In this document: piece by piece, positions 1 to 11,993 of the stretch
Layout: each line of letters begins with the position of its first letter
Position numbering within the stretch: the stretch's first letter is position 1
Assembly (NCBI GenBank): GCA_016906335.1
Contig: JADEYG010000002.1
Span: 1,302,001 to 1,366,000 of the forward strand
DNA length: 64,000 bases
DNA from: Novakomyces olei
Lineage: Eukaryota
Reading direction: 5' to 3'
Made by a program: the position numbers and the translations under genes
The notes under the pieces: model-generated
Database searches by the model: none
What the model saw: only the letters and a program-made list of their open reading frames with translations
What the model was told of the DNA's origin: nothing

Positions 1-250
1 CACTATTCAGCTCTGCGCATGAGCAGTCTCAGACAGGCGGCTTTATAATCTCAGTATAGGTGAGGAGACTTTTTTGTCGTCTTTAGAACTCTGTTGCTCG
101 TTCAGTATAGTTGCGTTGCCGCGCAACCCTTGTTGCGGCCGCGATCTGCCGGCGCAACAGTGATAATATCAGCACCGTCGACGAGGCAGCCGGCTGTGCT
201 CCTCCCTTGAACGAGTGCAGGACTGATAGAGGCTGTGCTTGAACGACGCT

Positions 251-2972
251 ATGGCTCCCGGAGCCGAGTTGTACAAGATCGATTCTCCTGTGCCAAGGCG
301 CGATGCGACAATGGAAAACACGGAACGAAACGAACGACTGAGCCTGGCTTCCCTTGAGCCGTCATTCACGTCGCCGGGCAAGCAAGGGCACCCGGGGTTC
401 ACAAACAGGCCTATCAATACGCCTGCGCCCAATTGGCGGCAAGCTCACGAAAAGGGAGCTGGTACCAGTGCCAAAGAATTCACGCCTATTATGCGGACTT
501 CCAAGAAAGCAGCTGCTCCAATCGCACGGCCGTCGCCGTTACGCAATATGCTCAATACGCCATCCAGTGGATCCTCTGTAACAGACGAGAACTCTCCAAG
601 CGGTCGGTCATTTGTACCAGGCAGTAAAAGGGGCGCAGTTGATGGCAATGGATCTGGAGACCCGTCCCAGAATTCTTCTCCCGTTCCCGCCATGATGCAG
701 GGTTTGACTTTGAAGCAAGAGGAAAAGCGCAAAGACGATTTGGAGAAGGAGAACTTTGATTTGAGAATACGGATCTATTTTCTGGAGAACGAAAAGGGTC
801 TCAACTCGGACCCGGAAAAGCGAGCAGTAAGTCTCCCCTACATCTAGCCAGCCTTTCATGTTTTGCTTATATTTATTGACTTGCAGCTTTTGAATGAAAT
901 CGAGTCTAAAGTCGACCTGTTTTCGCAAGCTAAAAGGGCCCATAAAGATACTATCAAAGCACAAAAGGAAATTGCAGAAATACGGAAAGTGAATGCGGAA
1001 CAAGAGGCAAATCTTGGTATTGCGTCAGCGGAAATTACACGGTACAAATCACAAATACAGTCGCTTGAGGCTGACCTTGACCTTGCGCGTCGGGAAAACG
1101 CCGATGTAAAAGAGCAATTGGAGGCTCTGCAAAGCAAACTCGATCAGTTGGAAAATAAAAGCTCGGATTCCGATGGCAGCGCGGTGGTAGAAAAACTGCG
1201 GGCGGATGTTGAAGATTTGGAGGTTGAAAATCGCACAAAGCAGAGAATAATTGATGAAAACGAAGAGCAAATTGAGGCTTTGAACACTGCGCTTAATGAC
1301 TTGAGACAGCAACACTCGGAGCTGGAGGAGGAAATTGATAGGCTTCAAGTCAACAGGAGCGTGAGCATATCTCGGGCGGGCGCTGACGAGGCGCAGCTTA
1401 AACAGGCCCGGGAAAAGATTGCCGAGCTGGAAACGAATGCATTGAAGCTCGAATCAGAGAATCGGCTTCTGCAATCACGTACAGTGCTAGCTAGTCCCTC
1501 TAAGCGGGAAACTTCGCACTATACAGCTTCTATTGAAGCGGAGCGCAAGATTATGGATCTTCAAGATGAAATCCAGCGGCAAAAGCAGAGTTGCGAGATT
1601 GCCTCTTACAATCTGGCGGAGGAAGCGCGAAAGGCCCATGAGTTTGAGAGCCAATTAAGAGAGTGTAAAGTGGAAAGAGATGTTGTATTACGACGGCAAA
1701 GAGAAGCAGAGCACAAACTCGCCGAAGCACAGGCTGCTCATGTAGAAGCTTTGGATGCTTTGAAGCGTGAAATTGAAACGTTAAGTATGGAGAAAGGATC
1801 GTTTGAAAAGCGACTTGAGAATGCAAACAGAGAAATTGAGCAACTAAATAAGCTGGTAGTCCACGCTGGGCCAGAGAGTGCAGCACAGTCGACCTCGCAG
1901 GCTGTGGAGTTGCAGCATTTGAGATCTAAAACTAGTCTATTGCAGGACGAAGTTGATATGCTTAATGGTAAACTGAAGCAGACAATGGAAGAGCTGCATG
2001 CCAAGTCGTTACGTCTTCGCAACCTGGAGTTCACTCTCTCTGACGCGGAGCGTAGTGCAAATTCTGCCCAAGAAGATTTGGCGAGAGTGAGGAGGGACAT
2101 GGAGGCACAACTGAATCAGGCCAACGTTAAAATTCAAGAACTGGCCGATGAGGTTGACAGCTACGTTTTAGCTGAACAAAATATGGTGGCACGTGACAGT
2201 GGAAGGGAGAGGTTTGCACAAGATACAGAGGCCTTGCGTCGCCAGTTTCAAGAAATGGAGGCTGCCGCTCGTGAAATGCATGAGCGTGAAGTGAAGGAGC
2301 TTCAGAACCAGTTGGCGCAGCACAAGGCACGGCTTGAAACGGTAGAGCAAAAGCAGAGGGAAAAGAATACGATACAGGGCAGGCTCGAACTCGAGGTAGA
2401 AAATTTAACAAGAGATCTCGACCGGGCCAAGCAGGCAGAGGAGAACCAAGCAGGACTTGTCGCCCGCTTAAAACAAAAACTGCATGACAAGAGTAATGAA
2501 TTGCAGATACTGAATCGTGAACGGAACTTGTATGTGGAATATGTTTAATAGTGCACTCGCTAATTATTGATCTAGTAACTTGAAAGATTTCAAAAGTCAG
2601 CATCAAAGGAGTATCGAGGATATGACGGAGCATATCCATTATCTCAAGGCCAGAGTTGCGCGAGAGCGAACGTTCCGTGCTGACCTTGCCTTTTCAAAAT
2701 CATTCTTCAAGCTTCAAATACAGGGCTATGAGAGATAGTAAGTGGCTTTGTACAGAGCAAAAGCAATAATACTAACAAGTAGTAACGAAATTGGTCTTAC
2801 ATTGTTGCGAGAAATTGGAATCTATCCGGATGAATCGTTCCGGAATCATCGAGCGTCGTTCAAGACCCGTGCTCTTCAAGTGCTTGCAGTGGTCCGTATG
2901 AAACGATTAACCGCGAAATGGAAGCCTCAAAAGACTCTTAGAAATAAGATCATGCAGCGGCTCGCGTCATGA
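251..2972 (+). CDS. pcp1: Spindle pole body pericentrin-like protein (CM1 motif, long coiled coil, C-terminal PACT domain), about 4 exons
   Basis: CM1 motif LTLKQEEKRKDDLEKENFDLRIRIYFLE; about 560 aa coiled coil; PACT-like RERTFRADLAFSKSFF...LLREIGI...VLAVVRMKRL. GT-AG introns at about 827-886, 2530-2575 and 2738-2782. The start may be ATG 251 or 311. Confidence 0.8.
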
Positions 2973-3230
2973 TAGATCTGTTTCTTTCGATATAATTTTT
3001 TGCGTGAATACCCAATTCTTTTATTTTATCTGACGTGCAGCTGCCGATTTCATGTGCAAATGAATTTTATGTACAAACTTCTTTTTTATTTATTAACAAT
3101 AGGGAAGGGAACTTCTCCTTTTTGGGAGGCTTGTGAATAGCAATTGGCATAGGCTTCCAAGGCCTTCGAGGAAGTTTATGCAAAATTATAATATAAATCT
3201 TCTTGACTAGCTCTATATGGAATACTGTAG

Positions 3231-4525
3231 CTAAGTAGCAGCATCCGTCTTTTTTCCATCTTTTTCCCTGACCCGCTGGTCATATAATTCAGAGATGTTA
3301 AAGCCTTTGAACTTTTCGAAATCACAAACCACACTAATACCGCATACACCCCGAAAGATCTCCACAAGAATGAGTTTATCGTGATTTTTCAAATCTACAC
3401 GATGCGTTTTCCCGACCTGTGAAGCTACAGTCCTTATAACATCCTCTCGTTTGAGTTCCGACATCCGTATGGTTGGACGAATCGCAAACTTTAGAGTCAG
3501 TCAAAGACTTCAAAATAACATCGGAAATGTCTGATTTAATTCGAACCCAAAACTAAATATAATCAAAATGAAGCAGCAGATCGAGGGATCCTATCAAAGA
3601 TGGATTTATACCGTTATACTTGTTTGATCTTCGTTATGGAAATGAGGTTCAAGTACATGAGCAGCTAGTTCTTTGATATCATCCAGATTAGCATGGCAAG
3701 TCCTGGTGACTGGAGAAAGACGCTGTATCAATCTGTCGAATTAGTAAAGTCAAAACATTATTGAAATAATCGAATATTTGGGTAATCACGACTAAATTTA
3801 AACTCACCTTGACCGCTTTTCCACATTATCGTAGATATCCTTGCAAATCCAGTGCACCAATGAAACAGGATCGACAGGAGGCCGTACTCGTATAAACACA
3901 ACTGCAGCCGTTAGCGATAGGCAATGTGTTTTATTGGCTTTTGGGAAGTATGCCAATTAAATTATAGATTGTTTTTTCGGTTTTCTTTCCTTTAATTGCC
4001 GTGTTTCTTCTTGGTTAAGAATATATTCGACTCTCCTCCTTTACCAATATCCTTTCCGCCTTACGTGATGAAGAGTTTAAATATATTTCCGAAAACAAGC
4101 CTTGTACGCGCTTTTCAGTACTTTTCAATCGCGCAATTTCGCGATTGAAATCGTCTTCCAACGAACCTCCTGCCTCTTCTTCGTCGGCACTGGCTACAAC
4201 AGCATCCGTATCGTGCACGTTCTCCACGTACTTTAATTTAATATCGAAACTCACACAGCAGAATAAATAAAATTTAAATACACATTCGCATCAGGCAAAC
4301 AAAAGTAAAACTCACCTGGCTGAAAAGATCGAAAGCTTCACGAACGCACCATTTCTCTTTGCCCCGCCGTGTCGATATCCACACTCCCGCGAGTCCGTCG
4401 GCGAACAGCTCTTGCTCATTCTATGCAGTTGAGTCGCGAAGTAATTGGGTACGCGACGTTACCCGTTGGCGCTTTGACGGCCTTGTTTTCGAGTGTGTAC
4501 GTTTGCGCTTTGCCAGTTCTGCCAT
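3231..4525 (-). CDS. tan1: THUMP-domain tRNA acetylation adaptor Tan1, multi-exon
   Basis: Spliced translation gives MAELAKRKR...GVWISTRRGKEKWCVREAF and a C-terminal HRVDLKNHDKLILVEIFRGVCGISVV...KGFNISEL, typical of THUMPD1/Tan1. Confidence 0.85.
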
Positions 4526-4653
4526 TACGGCGCAGAGTAGCAGCGATATTATGGTAAATAATTATTGGCAATAGTTTGTTATCAATTAATTGTATATGGC
4601 ATTATTATTTCCAATAAATAGTATGGGCAAACCACCCAGTCGCCAGTGGCAAA

Positions 4654-6244
4654 ATGTCGGACGACGATGACTTTATGATGGACGAGTGAGTGCAATTGGT
4701 TTCACTGTCTCGTAGCTAACGCAGTAAAGTGGGGACGAAGAGACTTATGACTTCGATTATGAGGACGACGATCAGGACGAGCCTGATGCGGACGTGGAGA
4801 ACCGGTACTATAATGCCAAAGGTAGATAGACTATGATACTTTGCACCTGCTTAACCATATAGCACTACGCAGCGAGGACCCGGGACTGGCCAAAGAAGAG
4901 TTTCTTGCTATTGTAACTGCGGAAACGGAGATGGGTGACTGGTAAGTTGCGCCTTTTTCTTGGGGGTAGCGACTCACTGACCTAATAGGGGGTTCAAGGC
5001 ATTGAAGCAGATTGTAAAGCTCTCCTTCCGGCAGGGGCGTGAAAGCGATACGCTTAAATACTACAAGCAACTACTGGCGTATACAAAGTCTGCCGTGACA
5101 CGAAACTATTCGGAAAAGTCGATAAACAATATCCTTGATCTCGTCTCCTCGAGCAGCGATGTAGAGTTTATGGAACAGTTTTATTCCACAACACTGTCAA
5201 GCCTCGAAGATGTGGGCAATGAGCGGTTATGGCTAAAGACTAACTTGAAGCTTGCAAAACTTTGGCTCGATTTTAAAGAATACCCGCGCTTCTCTAAGGT
5301 TTGATTTTGCCAATTCTCTTTTTATTCTTTTAATTGCTATTCTTTCTTTTGTCGTTCACTACTCATACAAAAGATCTTGCGGTCTATATTCAGCGTTTTA
5401 AGCAAGACGAGTGACCAGGTTGATCAGAACAAAGGAACGACTCTGTTGGAGGCATACGCTCTCGAAATCCAAATGTACACGGAAACCAAAAACCGGAAAA
5501 AGCTCAAGGAGCTATATGACAAGGCAGTTCATGTAAAAAGTGCTATCCCCCACCCTCGTGTTATGGGAATCATTCGCGAATGTGGCGGCAAGATGCATAT
5601 TGATGCTCGTAAGGATAAATATAATGTGTGTGATTTTGCCTAACGCTCTTACTATAGACGAGTGGGAAGCAGCTCAAACCGATTTTTTTGAGTCGTTCAG
5701 GAACTATGACGAAGCAGGCTCAGCACAACGAATTCAAGTGCTTAAATATTTGTTGCTGGCAAATATGCTTATGAGCTCATCCATCAATCCTTTTGACTCG
5801 CAGGAAACAAAGCCGTATAAAGACGATCCGCAGGTTGTTGTTATGACTGACCTTGTCAACGCTTTCCATCAACGCGATATCGACGGGTTCCAGCAAATAC
5901 TAAAAGAACATGAGCAGGAGATTATGGACGATAGTTTTATACGGCACCATATAGATGAAGTGCTCCGTAATATCCGAACTCGGGTGTTACTTCAGCTAAT
6001 CACACCGTATTCTATAATTTCATTAAGATTCATTTCGGCCAAGTTGAACGTCAGCGAGAACATCGTGATCGATTTATTGCGTCACCTTATTCTCGATGGC
6101 CGTATCTCGGGACGGATTAATGGAACAGAAGGCGAACTGCGCCTGTCTCGGCCTAATTCAAGCACACAAGGGCGTATGGACGCTGTAAATGCTTTGGGCA
6201 AAAGCGTTGGCTGGCTCGCGTCGTCCGTTGCAGTTAACATGTGA
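4654..6244 (+). CDS. csn2: COP9 signalosome subunit 2 (PCI domain), multi-exon
   Basis: [11 protein letters not shown]...[74 protein letters not shown]. Confidence 0.95.
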
Positions 6245-6383
6245 GTATGATGAAAGTTTAATAGCATGTAGATTATGGGCCAGGTTGTTTTATGGAGAAT
6301 AAGTTGGATAAATGTTCAATTGTAGGCCTTCACTTTTAAGCATGAGCAATTATGAAACAAATGTATCCAATACGATTGATGTA

Positions 6384-6605
<222 letters not shown>

Positions 6606-6722
6606 TTCAAATATCAACACTATTCCAATTAAATCATATATTCATATCAGCTAAAAGTTGGAGATAAAGATTAATTGATTTATTTTTCGCTTTTGACAAA
6701 AAGCCTAAAGCTGATCAGATTA

Positions 6723-7869
6723 ATGCGTTTTGTGCAATATGCACGGACGAAGGGTTTGCTCGATACTCGATGGTGTCAAAGATATTTTAGCACAGCGCCT
6801 GACCAAGTTAAAAGCCCGTTAGTTCACGGTACGACTTTTGCAGCCGGTGATGTAGTCCACCTGCGTGAGCTAAACATGCCTAAATGGCAAACACGCTCAC
6901 CGCGCGTAGTAAAGCTCCGCGCCGGGCGTGTGACTGGTTCACATAAAGGCAACATCAAGCACGATGATATTATTGGAAAGCTTCCATACGATCGCGTCTA
7001 TACACATTCAGGTGCAGCACTTTCTATCATTCGACCGAGTCTGGACGAGTATATCTTGCATTCAGAACGCGTGTCTACACCTATATACGAGTCTTCCGTA
7101 ATAGTAAGTGGAATTTTGTCAATTCGTTTTTAATTTTTTTATTTTAATTTTTAATTTTTTTTATTTTTTTATTTATTTTTTTATTTATTTATTTTTTTAA
7201 TTTTTTTTTTTCCTAACCATTTATCCATTTCCAGCTTTTATCTTTTAATACTGATTCCAGGTAAATTTGCTCGACCTGCAGGCCGGCAGGGACGATAAGC
7301 TCGACGTGTTTGAGTGTGGCACCGGCGCCGGTGGATTGACTATGCATCTCGCTCGAGCATTGCTTGGAAGCCATCCAGATTCAAGAGTGCATTCGCTCGA
7401 TAATAACGGTCGGCACCAGGAGGCGGCACGGTCAAGTATTGCCCAGTTTCGTAATGCTTCCCTACTCCCACGCATCAAATTCTTGGGCCCTATGGATTTG
7501 CATGATTGGCTGGATCAGGAAAACGATATCCAGTTTGACGGAGTTGTGCTGGACATGCCTGAGTCGCATCAGTACCTTGTGCGAATGGCCAAGCATTTGC
7601 GTAGAGGCGCGGGTCTCGTGGTCTTTTGTCCCTCAATAACACAAATTGTAAGAGTGGTGGAGACACTTGGGGACACTGAGGCCTGTCCGCTCATGATCGT
7701 CGACACGTTTGAAGTCTCTAATGCGTTTATGCGAGCATGGGACGTTCGTTTAGTGCAAACAAGGGCACAGGGGAAAACGGAAGTCGTATGTCGGCCGCGT
7801 GTAGGCGATCGTATCTGCGGTGGAGGGTTTTTATGTCTTTTGCATAGAGTTCAGTCTGATAAAGATTAA
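6723..7869 (+). CDS. tRNA (adenine-58-N1)-methyltransferase, Gcd14/Trm61 family, probably the organellar type
   Basis: SHKGNIKHDDIIG, RPSLDEYI...TPIY, SAM motif ECGTGAGGLT, LDMP, FCPSITQI; basic presequence-like N-terminus; one intron at about 7104-7260. Confidence 0.85.
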
Positions 7870-8486
7870 TTTGACTCTGGTAGAGTAACTGCTGTACTGA
7901 AAAGTGTTGAAGATTCAGACTTATCGATACAAACGCAATTGGTGTACGAGACAGAATACTTAAAGGCGGTGTGAGTAATTACAATTCTGTCGTGATGCGG
8001 TGATTCTACCATTAAAAAGCACGCACAGACTGCTATACACGATCCCAAAATGATAAAATTAGTCTATATCTAGCGTACCTGAAAATATCAAACGAACCAA
8101 CACCATGAAGCAAACCATATGATACCTGTTTAGAAAGATGGAGAAACAGCAAGAGTACAGAATGGACAGAACAGCAGGTGGATATAAAAGAGATGAAGAC
8201 GAAGGGCAAATCCGACGAGAAGGAAAAAACACAAAATAATATCAAACTCGTGTTAAAATTTAAACAAAACGGATAAAGCAAGATAGACGGAGAAACAAGA
8301 CAGAATGAAAATGAAAATCAAAACCAAAACAAAACCAAGAACAAAGGCCGTTGAATATGAATAATTATAAACTTTGAAAAATTAAAAGAATTGAAACCTG
8401 CTCAGCCCAGAGAGTTCTGCAACTCTTTACTATACCACACAAGCTCCCCCCGTTTTGTCCTTTTTCTTTTTCTCTCCTTTCTCCGT

Positions 8487-10334
8487 CTAGCCACTCCGCA
8501 GCCCGAGGTAAGCGTCTGGCCGCTGGGACAGTTCGTCTTCAATGACCCAACGCTGTTCAGCAGAAATCTCGGGCTTTACAAGGGCTGTACAGGCACTGCC
8601 GACAACAAAGAGCCCAGGCGGCCGACTGCCCATTGCGTTATAAGCCTCAGCAGCGTAGCTGAGCACAGTGCGCCCGACTCTTTGATCGCGGCAGGTCGCT
8701 CTCTCGATGATAGCACACGGAGTATCCGCTGGCCATCCAGCAGCCACTAGTGAGTCTACTAGCCCGGCCAGCCGATGAAGAGCCATAAGAAACACGGTAG
8801 TTCTAGAGGCAGCAAAAGCAGGTGGCTCTAATTCCGTCCCGTTTCTACCTGTGCCAGTGCATATCAGTACTTGGTCGGCTACTGCTCTTTGAGTAGCCGG
8901 GATCTGTGCCATTGTGAGGGCGGCAAGAGCTGACGTTATACCTGGTACGACTGTGCACTTGTACCCAAGGCTACTGAAAAACTCGTACTCCTCCCCTCCC
9001 CGGCCAAAGACGTACGGATCGCCCTGTTTGAGCCTTACTACCCTTTGGCCCCGGCGCAGGGAATCAAGGGAGCTTTGCAGCAGCTCGTCCTGTGCATTTT
9101 CGGCATTACCAGGGAACTTGCGGGCAATCTGCACTGGCGTTCGTCGTGGGACAAGCGCTAGAACGCTGGAGGGGACTAGTTTGTCTGCCAGGACAAGGTC
9201 GGCAGTTTCTATTGCCTCGATAGCCGCTCTGGAGACAAGACCAGCCGCCCCGGGACCTGCTCCGACAAGGTACATCTCGCCTCTGTGCGGCCGGCAAAGG
9301 ACCTTGTCCGCCTCTGTGCACTTGGCCAATGTGTACTTTAGAACTCTGTCCTTGTCGTCTTCCTCTCCACCATTCGCATCCGTACTAGCGCTCCTAAATG
9401 CCTCGTCTCCCTCAGGACTCGCTGCACCTGTCCGGCCAGCTGGTCGCCTTTTGCTGCCTTCTTCATAGGGCGTGGCAGTTCCAGACTTGTAGGCGTCCAG
9501 TATCGCTTCTATATCGGCCCGAGTAAGTGTAACCAGCCGGTCCAGCGGCCAGTACTCACAGATCTGAGTGAGCCACCGCAGTCTCCGCATCTTGGAAGCA
9601 GGCGTGTCTGTATGCGCCAGCTGGTCTTCAATCTCTTGCTCATCAAATTTAGGCGGCGGCAGACAAAGCTCGTTGAACCTGACGGACTGGGTCTCCTCCT
9701 CCTCTGCTGTCGACAGTTCACTGACCAGTGAAGAATCGATACTGGCCGGAGTTGATATACGGAGATCCTCGAGGCGAAGGGCCTCACGGATCTCTGCTAT
9801 TCTGTCGCACGTATGGCCCAAGTCGGGCGGAAGAGCACTCACTGCCTCGCGCAGAATTCGGGAGGCCAATTTGCAGCCTTTTCCACTCGTAGTCACTCCA
9901 ATATGAAGCGAATCGTCGCTGTGAGTAGCGAGTACACTAAAGGAGCAGAGTGCCGGTGAATCAGCAATATTAACAGGAATCCGTAACCTGCGGCAGCTGT
10001 GGTAGATCATTAGGCATTCACTGCTTGTCGGACGCAGAGTGCAAAACACAATGTCAATAACATGGTCTACTTCGCCACGGCCCAGCGTGGTGAGATGTGA
10101 CCGATCAAACGGTTGGTCGATATGCACTACCCGTGAATCTCCACCGGGTTTAAGCAGATCTGCTATCGGCGCCGCCACACGTGTAAGCGGGACGGGTGTC
10201 ACTATGTATACACGTGCCGCGCCGGACCGGAAAAGCCGACTGACCCGTTTTGCCGCCAATGCGTCGTGGCCAATGACCATTCCGTAGATTTCATTGCACG
10301 ATTGTGCTGTTAAAAGTGGGGGGTAGTTGAACAT
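8487..10334 (-). CDS. met1: Uroporphyrinogen-III C-methyltransferase (siroheme synthesis) with an N-terminal CysG-like region
   Basis: LVGAGPG, LVLADKLVP, VVRLKQGDPYVFGRGGEE, VPGITSA; N-terminal IPVNIAD...CSF, TTSGKGCKLASRI; intronless, 615 aa. Confidence 0.93.
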   Translation of the reverse strand: MFNYPPLLTAQSCNEIYGMVIGHDALAAKRVSRLFRSGAARVYIVTPVPLTRVAAPIADLLKPGGDSRVVHIDQPFDRSHLTTLGRGEVDHVIDIVFCTLRPTSSECLMIYHSCRRLRIPVNIADSPALCSFSVLATHSDDSLHIGVTTSGKGCKLASRILREAVSALPPDLGHTCDRIAEIREALRLEDLRISTPASIDSSLVSELSTAEEEETQSVRFNELCLPPPKFDEQEIEDQLAHTDTPASKMRRLRWLTQICEYWPLDRLVTLTRADIEAILDAYKSGTATPYEEGSKRRPAGRTGAASPEGDEAFRSASTDANGGEEDDKDRVLKYTLAKCTEADKVLCRPHRGEMYLVGAGPGAAGLVSRAAIEAIETADLVLADKLVPSSVLALVPRRTPVQIARKFPGNAENAQDELLQSSLDSLRRGQRVVRLKQGDPYVFGRGGEEYEFFSSLGYKCTVVPGITSALAALTMAQIPATQRAVADQVLICTGTGRNGTELEPPAFAASRTTVFLMALHRLAGLVDSLVAAGWPADTPCAIIERATCRDQRVGRTVLSYAAEAYNAMGSRPPGLFVVGSACTALVKPEISAEQRWVIEDELSQRPDAYLGLRSG

Positions 10335-11749
10335 GGCGAGGCAGAAGGATTAGTATCCAGGGACGGTATTTTTGTTGAAATAGAAATTGACCAAAATTTG
10401 TCACAGTCAATCTGAGGCAATCTGGAAAATGTTGAAACAACGTATACTCTGGTCCACTATAATAAGATTTGCGTCTTGTAACGTACAGTCGCCGTCTGCC
10501 TGTGCGCCTCTGTATATTTTACAGAACAATGTGGTAGGTAACGGCCGTTTGCACACGTACAAAGGCTCCCGTACCAGACGAGTCTTTATCGCAAATTGAT
10601 CGCGCTCTAATTTAGTCGAATGTACCTTTTCTGTCTATTCACCAGACACTTTGGTACGAAGCCGCATACAAACCGCTTAAACCACTGCTGCCAATCCGCA
10701 TGCAAAAAGGTTTGAGCCGACCGGCTCGCGAAAGCCGCGGGTATGCAAGCCCTGTCAAGTAAAGCGTAAAAAATAAATAAATTTAAAAGCAGCTCAAGTC
10801 GCACTCAAGTCAGAGTCAGAACTGCCTCGGAACGACCCGGTGCCGCCCGTCCACCGCCAAATAATTTTGCGATTGACAATATTCAGTAAGCAGTGCGGTC
10901 CTTGCAATTCTTGTTTATCAGAAAACTGCAATGTACACCGCAATCGGCGTTACAAAGCTCCTGCTTTGCTTCGTTATGCGCCCAGAAAATTACCGGTCTG
11001 CGCTTTTATAATTATTTTATCAATCAGTATTTTCTCTATTCGTCTACACTATTATTATATTACGATTTTCCTCTCCTTGTCGCTACAAAAATGGTCACTA
11101 TTCTTTTAGATTTCTCGACTGCTTATTCGTGCTTTTTCGTTCTTTTGCAGCCTTTTATTTCTCATCTATAAGCACTCCTCTTCTAATTGGTCTTTAATGC
11201 CATGGAACTTTTTACTTGTAGCACAGGTCGCGTATATTCTAAGAGGGGAATTTTAAGGCCCGAGTTTTATGGTAAGAAGTGTTGGCAGCGATTATCCATT
11301 ACTCCAAAGTCTAAATACAGTACTATATTGAGTAAACTGATAATCGTGAATATGAGCCTGTTATGAGTGCCTGAAACACGAGGAAACGGTAAAGCACTGG
11401 AGATGAATACTATATTGCTAGTTTTCGATTATGCAAAAGGTAAAAGCCGCCGGATTTGGTCGGAGACGGGTTGTGTTCTGCGATATAAAATTTCAATTGT
11501 TTCCAGACTAAGGACGGTAGTGTAAGCTTAATCGAGCGTTCTCGGCTCTTTTGTGTTGTCTGTTCTTTTTCTTTGCCGGCTTGCCATTTAGTGCCGAGAG
11601 CCAATCACAAACTCCTGTCAAATTATTAATTTACTATGATTGTCAAAGGACGAAATTTGTACTGGCATTATTACACCTGTGTTCATACGCTCTTTTGCAA
11701 TCCCAACGACATTCTTGTAAGCAATACTATTGCAAAAGCGAACGTTAGT

Positions 11750-11762
11750 TAACCCTAACCCT
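11750..11762 (+). repeat. Interstitial telomere-like motif TAACCCTAACCCT
   Basis: About 2 copies of the TTAGGG complement, read directly. Confidence 0.9.
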
Positions 11763-11993
11763 GAGTGCTTGCCGCCGATATATGAAACCAATTGCATCGT
11801 TATCCAAGAATGTTTTAGCGTGGCTCTTTGTGTCTTGTGTTCAACACTTTTTCTCTGAAAGCTTTGCCCCCTTCATAGATACAAGCCTACATGAACCCGT
11901 ACGGCAGGTTGTGCTTTTATAATACACGTGATACATCAACCAACTAATTATACACATACATGATTCTAGATAAAATTGCATGCTCAACACGCA

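Noticed and set aside
3685..3697. U6-like AGATTAGCATGGC
   Set aside because: Lies antisense within a tan1 exon; no ACAGAGA box or other U6 sequence.
11539..11567. Resemblance to the U2 snRNA 5' end (TTCTCGGC..CTTTTG..TCTGTTCTT)
   Set aside because: Lacks the invariant AGATCAAGTGTAGTA branch-recognition segment; likely chance.
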